Shown here piece by piece: positions 25,160-26,768 of a stretch of 26,768 nucleotides of DNA. The notes beneath the pieces were generated by a model. The model searched no databases. It was not told the DNA's origin and saw only the letters and a program-made list of their open reading frames with translations. The translations under genes were made by a program, and so were the position numbers. Numbering within the stretch: the stretch's first letter is position 1; each line of letters opens with the position of its first letter. The stretch is from Nostocoides sp. (lineage in GTDB: Bacteria > Actinomycetota > Actinomycetes > Actinomycetales > Dermatophilaceae), in contig JBDIAL010000027.1 in assembly GCA_039812405.1 (NCBI GenBank), positions 1 through 26,768 of the forward strand, in the 5' to 3' direction.

Positions 25160-25822
25160 GTGAACAAGGGTGAACTGATCAAGGCCCTGGAGGACAAGCT
25201 GGGCAGCAGGAAGGCGGCTGCGGACGCGCTGGAAGCCGTTCTCGACACGATCATCCGAGAGGTCGCCAAGGGCGGCAAGGTCGGCATCACCGGGTTCGGC
25301 ACCTTCGAGAAGGCGGCGCGGGCGGCGCGGACCGGCCGCAACCCCCGCACCGGCGAGAAGGTCCGCATCAAGAAGACCTCCGTCCCGCGGTTCAAGGCCG
25401 GCACGACGTTCAAGGTCGTCGTCGCGGACCCGCGCAAGCTGCCCAAGACGACCTCGACGATCGGCCGCGCCCCGGCCGGGTCGGCGGCTGCGGCGGCCAA
25501 GGCGGCGCCCGCGAAGCGGACGGCGGCGAAGAAGACGACGACGGCCAAGGCCGCGCCGGCCAAGGCCGCGCCCGCGAGGGCTGCCGCGAAGAAGACGACG
25601 TCGACCAAGGCGGCACCGGCCAAGGCCGCGCCCGCGAAGGCGGCCGCGAAGAAGACGACGACCACGAAGGCCGCACCGGCCAAGGCTGCGCCGGCCAGGA
25701 AGACGACGACCAAGGCGGCACCGGCCAAGGCCGCGCCCGCGAAGGCGGCCGCGAAGAAGACGACGACCACGAAGGCCGCCCCCGCGAGGACGACGGCCAA
25801 GCGCACCGCGAAGAAGGCCTGA
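25160..25822 (+). CDS. hupB: Histone-like protein HU with a lysine/alanine-rich (PAKKA-type) C-terminal tail
   Basis: VNKGELIKALEDKLG..GFGTFEKAARAARTGRNPRTGEKVRIKKTSVPRFKAGTTFKVVV is the HU fold. About 130 aa of AAKKTTTTKAAPAKAAPAK repeats follow. GTG at 25160 follows GGAGA. Confidence 0.85.
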   Translation: MNKGELIKALEDKLGSRKAAADALEAVLDTIIREVAKGGKVGITGFGTFEKAARAARTGRNPRTGEKVRIKKTSVPRFKAGTTFKVVVADPRKLPKTTSTIGRAPAGSAAAAAKAAPAKRTAAKKTTTAKAAPAKAAPARAAAKKTTSTKAAPAKAAPAKAAAKKTTTTKAAPAKAAPARKTTTKAAPAKAAPAKAAAKKTTTTKAAPARTTAKRTAKKA

Positions 25823-25861
25823 CGGCGGGCGGATCCGCCCTCGCAGTGGCCCCGGCGTGGA

Positions 25862-25890
25862 GTGCCCCGGTCCGTGACGGACCGGGGCAC
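25862..25890. terminator. Perfect 13-bp stem with a 3-nt loop (gtgccccggtccg-tga-cggaccggggcac) between convergent hupB and the csp-like gene
   Basis: A second palindrome gggcggatccgccc (25827-25840) lies directly after the hupB stop. Neither has a U-tract. Confidence 0.45.
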
Positions 25891-25974
25891 CTCGCTGCGC
25901 CGGGGCGCTGACGGGGCCATCCTCCGTCAGGGATGGCTCGACCGGTCGAACCGCCCCGCGGGCCGGTCGGCTCG

Positions 25975-26193
25975 TCAGCGGATCGGCTCGCCGGGGCCGA
26001 TCCCGACGATCCACAGCCGGCTCACCGTCGCCCCGTCCGAGCCGAGCACGATGCTCACCCGCTGCCCGGGCCGCACGTGACGCAGGGTGCTGGTGGCGAA
26101 GACCGCGCCGCTGAAGGCGACCTCGCGCCCGTCGTCGAGCAGCGCGGTGCCGGATCCGTCGCTCTCGTCGAAGGTGTGGATGCTGGCCTGCAC
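25975..26193 (-). CDS. Cold-shock-domain-like (OB-fold) small protein, about 72 aa
   Basis: VQASIHTFDESDGSGTALLDDGREVAFSGAVFATSTLRHVRPGQRVSIVLGSDG parallels CspA ([34 protein letters not shown]). GC3 is near 100%. A GTG start is assumed, with no SD sequence. The upstream part of ORF 25975..26322 lies in the repeat region. Confidence 0.4.
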   Translation of the reverse strand: MQASIHTFDESDGSGTALLDDGREVAFSGAVFATSTLRHVRPGQRVSIVLGSDGATVSRLWIVGIGPGEPIR

Positions 26194-26282
26194 GGCTTCG
26201 AGCCTAGACGAGTCAGTCCTGCGGGAGGTGATGGCCGGAGGCGTTCGGGGGGACCCGGCAGCCCGAGGAGTCCGGCCCGCAA

Positions 26283-26501
26283 CCGATCGAGGTAATAGGG
26301 CACCACCGCAGAGACATCGCATACCTCGACTCAGCGCAGCCTCCAGTGGGTCGAGGTATGCCGGGACCAGGCGGGTTCAGCGGCATCGGAATACCTCCAC
26401 CCACGACGACCCCGTGGCGGTCGAGGTAATAGGGCACCACCGCAGAGACATCGGATACCTCCACCCAGCCCAGCCTCCAATCGGTCGAGGTATGCCGGGA
26501 C
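26283..26501. repeat. Two ~84-bp direct repeats (26283-26367 and 26417-26501) built from alternating TCGAGGTA / TACCTCGA segments
   Basis: The sense 8-mers lie at 26288, 26351, 26421 and 26486. The antisense (TACCTC) segments lie at 26323, 26391 and 26455. The region is upstream of the csp-like gene start. Confidence 0.75.
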
Positions 26502-26530
26502 ACCGGCCACCTCACCGGGGAAGGGCTCGG

Positions 26531-26768
26531 CTAGGCGCTCGCGGACGGTTCCGGCAGGAGGGCCGAGGTGGCGGGCCCGCAGCCGAGGGCGAGCGCGGCG
26601 AGCAGGTCGTCGGCGTCGTCGACGTCGGTCCGCAGCGAGGGGAGGGCGAGGTCCAGCGGCCGGTAGCCGGCGCTCGCGTGGGCTGCCGCGGATCCCGGGC
26701 CGAACCGGGCGTCGTGGTCGGTCCCCGCGCGGGCGAGCAGCAGGGTGGTGCCGGTGCCCTGCCGGTCG
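26531..26768 (-). CDS. C-terminal part of an unidentified protein. The gene continues beyond the window end.
   Basis: Minus-strand frame ending in TAG at 26531-26533 reads ..GTGTTLLLARAGTDHDARFGPGSAAAHASAGYRPLDLALPSLRTDVDDADDLLAALALGCGPATSALLPEPSASA. GC3 is almost entirely G/C. Confidence 0.3.
   Translation of the reverse strand, partial: DRQGTGTTLLLARAGTDHDARFGPGSAAAHASAGYRPLDLALPSLRTDVDDADDLLAALALGCGPATSALLPEPSASA

Noticed and set aside
24793-25173. 126-aa plus-strand ORF upstream of hupB
   Set aside because: Mixed third-codon composition and no RBS. It covers the repeated GTTGTG boxes and is more consistent with a regulatory region.

Overview
This is a high-GC (~72%) actinobacterial chromosomal segment, not a mobile or accessory island. 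Gene order follows the conserved branched-chain amino-acid neighbourhood of Mycobacterium and Streptomyces: serA, leuB, ilvE, then cimA/leuA-family, then gltX, tRNA-Gln, tRNA-Glu, an IclR (LtbR/NdgR-like) regulator, leuC, leuD and hupB. Upstream on the minus strand lies a three-gene formate dehydrogenase operon: a FdnG-like catalytic subunit, a FdnH-like 4Fe-4S subunit and an NrfD-type membrane subunit. The catalytic subunit has an in-frame TGA at the conserved selenocysteine position (ENQARI-U-HSATV), followed by a SECIS-like hairpin. Other genes are a partial SARP/BTAD regulator, a HAD (Cof) hydrolase, an SPFH/band-7 protein with a downstream ribbon-helix-helix protein, a PuuD-like glutamine amidotransferase, a YacP/NYN protein with two uncharacterised partners, a FAH-family hydrolase, a MerR regulator divergent from a DUF4188 gene, and a cold-shock-domain-like small protein.

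Several signals are not explained by the gene calls:
- **Intergenic palindromic repeat family:** three copies of a ~60-90 bp element, two of them in inverted orientation 16.7 kb apart.
- **Tandem palindrome array:** four 35-bp TGCATGA-N21-TCATGCA units sit in the SPFH/amidotransferase divergent region, a plausible operator array for the ribbon-helix-helix protein.
- **Upstream of hupB:** three GTTGTGSSGCAAC sites.
- **Upstream of the csp-like gene:** alternating TCGAGGTA/TACCTCGA repeats that could form mutually exclusive hairpins.
- **Shared -10 motif:** cccTAGAWT lies directly upstream of serA, leuB and gltX and implies leaderless or short-leader transcripts.
- **Hexamer avoidance:** GTACGC/GCGTAC appears avoided and replaced by GTATGC/GCATAC. 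At every Tyr-Ala and Ala-Tyr junction examined, the rare TAT or GCA codon is used exactly where TAC or GCG would create the hexamer.

The long six-frame ORFs in alternative frames are GC-driven artefacts.
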